The position numbers were made by a program, and so were the translations under genes. Under the pieces are notes generated by a model. The model worked only from the letters and a program-made list of their open reading frames with translations, was not told the origin of the DNA and did no database searches. Below are positions 62,301 to 64,000 of a stretch of 64,000 nucleotides of DNA, one piece after another (position 1 is the stretch's first letter; each line of letters begins with the position of its first letter). The stretch spans positions 4,650,001-4,714,000 of the forward strand of contig JBHGNT010000011.1 of assembly GCA_043228905.1 (NCBI GenBank). Reading direction: 5' to 3'. The DNA is from Azolla caroliniana. Its lineage: Eukaryota > Plantae > Polypodiophyta.

Positions 62301-62745
62301 TTGCACCTCCAAGATAAGAGACAATTAGCTTACCACTAAAGCTACTACTAAGTGGTTTAGATTTTGTATATTTCCTTGTCATATTCAGTATTCCATAGGA
62401 AACAAACGTACAAAACCGTGTGCACAAAACCATGGTTTTGTACATGTCACAAGCATGCAGAGACCTATAAAAGCCTTGAGTTGGGCTTGTGTAAGGGGGG
62501 TCAATTTGGAGATCATCATCAACAACAACAACAACAATAATATAATACTCTTCTTATTCTTCTTCTTGACATCTGTTTTCTTCTGAGGTATAAAAATCTT
62601 CGATCTTCTCAAGTGTGACATTAGTTTCCTCGACTCCTACATACACATCGTCATCTTTTCAACAATTTCGCGAACGTCCTCCCCGGTCCGAGACCCTGGT
62701 GGTCCCGCTCAAGCGAAGCACGCACACACGCGTATCTTCACGACA
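53324..62745 (+). mobile_element. RT-less gypsy-like element G3 (gag + acidic repeat ORF), inserted in a B-type LTR; contains nested A4
   Basis: LTRs 53324-53933 and 62142-62745; PBS TGGTGAACCCGACGTGA 53939-53955; PPT ~62126-62141; gag fragments 54108-54800; flanks 53185-53323 and 62746-62822 are two halves of a B-type LTR. Confidence 0.85.
56030..61818 (+). mobile_element. Full-length Ty1/copia family A copy A4 with TSD ATGAT, nested in G3
   Basis: 454 bp LTRs 56030-56483 and 61365-61818 (about 14 differences by eye); PBS-Met 56484-56495; gag-PR-IN-RT-RH with in-frame stops; ATGAT at 56025-56029 and 61819-61823. Confidence 0.97.
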
Positions 62746-62828
62746 ACGTACGAACCTCCATTTCTGCTTTGTTCTTTCATTAAGATTAAAGCTCGGTTGT
62801 GGCCAAGCACTATTCCTATCAATTTCAA

Positions 62829-62829
<1 letters not shown>

Positions 62830-62867
<38 letters not shown>

Positions 62868-62948
62868 GCACTGTATGAGTCCGACTATACTAGCTCATGG
62901 TATGGCATACTTGAGCACTGTATGAGTCCGGCTATACTAGCTCATGGT
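62830..62948. repeat. (CT)n microsatellite followed by a 35 bp direct duplication
   Basis: AGCACTGTATGAGTCCG.CTATACTAGCTCATGGT at ~62867 and ~62914. Confidence 0.8.
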
Positions 62949-62953
62949 CCGGC

Positions 62954-63851
62954 ATGATGGTGAGTTGGCTTCTTGCCAACAGTCTAGACATTAATAACCT
63001 CCCCCCCCTTAAGTATGACCACACGACTGATAACACTTTAATCTCTCGTGAGGACTGTAATAAAGTAATACACCAAGAAATATGGCAAATTTATACTCGG
63101 TATAAATGGATCACCCCACTAGAGCCACTCCCATCTAAAATGTTGTACTATAAGGAACACTTTATGCACTTCTCTAAGTTAGGTTTTATCACGCGACCAA
63201 GATATCTAGATGTATTCTTACCACATGCACTAAGGGTTGCCATTGGTCAACTTAGAATATCATCTCACCAACTTGAGATTGAGAATGGACGTACTAATGG
63301 AGTCCCTAGGGAGGAAAGGATATGTAGGTTATGCCACATAGAGATAGAGGATGAGTACCATTTTACATGCAAATACCCCACCCACCTATGCCGTGACAAG
63401 GGCAAAATACCAAGACATACTTGGTTCCTCTCCCACCCTCCCTAAACTATTAGATACACTTGATATAAAGAAATTAGGTAGATACATCTTAGAATTGAAA
63501 CAACACAAAGAGAATAAGTTACAAAACGTTGATAATAATGTTGCTAATGTTTACCAACATGTAACAAATGAAGTTTTTCAGGAACAGGGGGAGACAATGA
63601 ATGTCGACACACCTGCACCACTTGGGCTTTTCCTTGATGAAGCAGAAAATCAAAGAAGAACCAAACGCCCTTGGATGCCGGGTTTCAAAGCAACTCGACG
63701 AGATGTAGAAGCAATAAAGAAAATAAGGGAACGTGAACTACACTGCCTAGAAGCCATGGCTAGGGCACTCTATGCATCGGGACCATGGGTCACACCCACA
63801 CCAAAAACTTTTGACCTCCCACTTCTTTTTGAGAGACTTGGGTGGAAATGA
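62954..63851 (+). mobile_element. 5'-truncated non-LTR retrotransposon 3' end (RTE-X-like C-terminal CCHC region)
   Basis: QLRISSHQLEIENGR...EERICRLC...EDEYHF; frameshift near 63380 joins ORFs 62954 and 63351. Confidence 0.65.
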
Positions 63852-64000
63852 GATTACGCTTAGTGCAAAGTTTTGTACACTACTAGAACTCTCTTAGCTT
63901 AAGCTATTTTCTTTTATTTTAGTTTTGATGATTGGATAAACACTCATTTTTGTTGTGAACCAATTGTCTCATGGGCCAAATTTGGCCTTAAAAGACGTTA

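Overview
Eukaryotic land-plant DNA; the element repertoire (tRNA-Trp-primed gypsy-like elements, a Sola-like DNA transposon, an RTE-X-like LINE end) suggests a fern or other non-seed plant, but this is inference. Most of the window is stacked, nested retrotransposons: five copies or fragments of one Ty1/copia family ('A'), three or four of a second, Tnt1/Tto1-like copia family ('B'), three RT-less gypsy-like elements with a tRNA-Trp PBS ('G'), gypsy pol debris and two LINE 3' ends. There is one clear host gene, a two-exon ASR (ABA/WDS) gene at 18238-19873. The standout is a decayed ~7.3 kb DNA-transposon-like unit at ~24075-31405. It holds a Sola1-like DDD transposase with a C-terminal BAH/PWWP-like module on the + strand. 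Divergently transcribed from it is a spliced gene fusing a ParB/Srx-like domain to a beta-class amino (N6-adenine/N4-cytosine) DNA methyltransferase. An array of palindromes lies between the two genes. All family assignments are by motif recognition; no searches were run.
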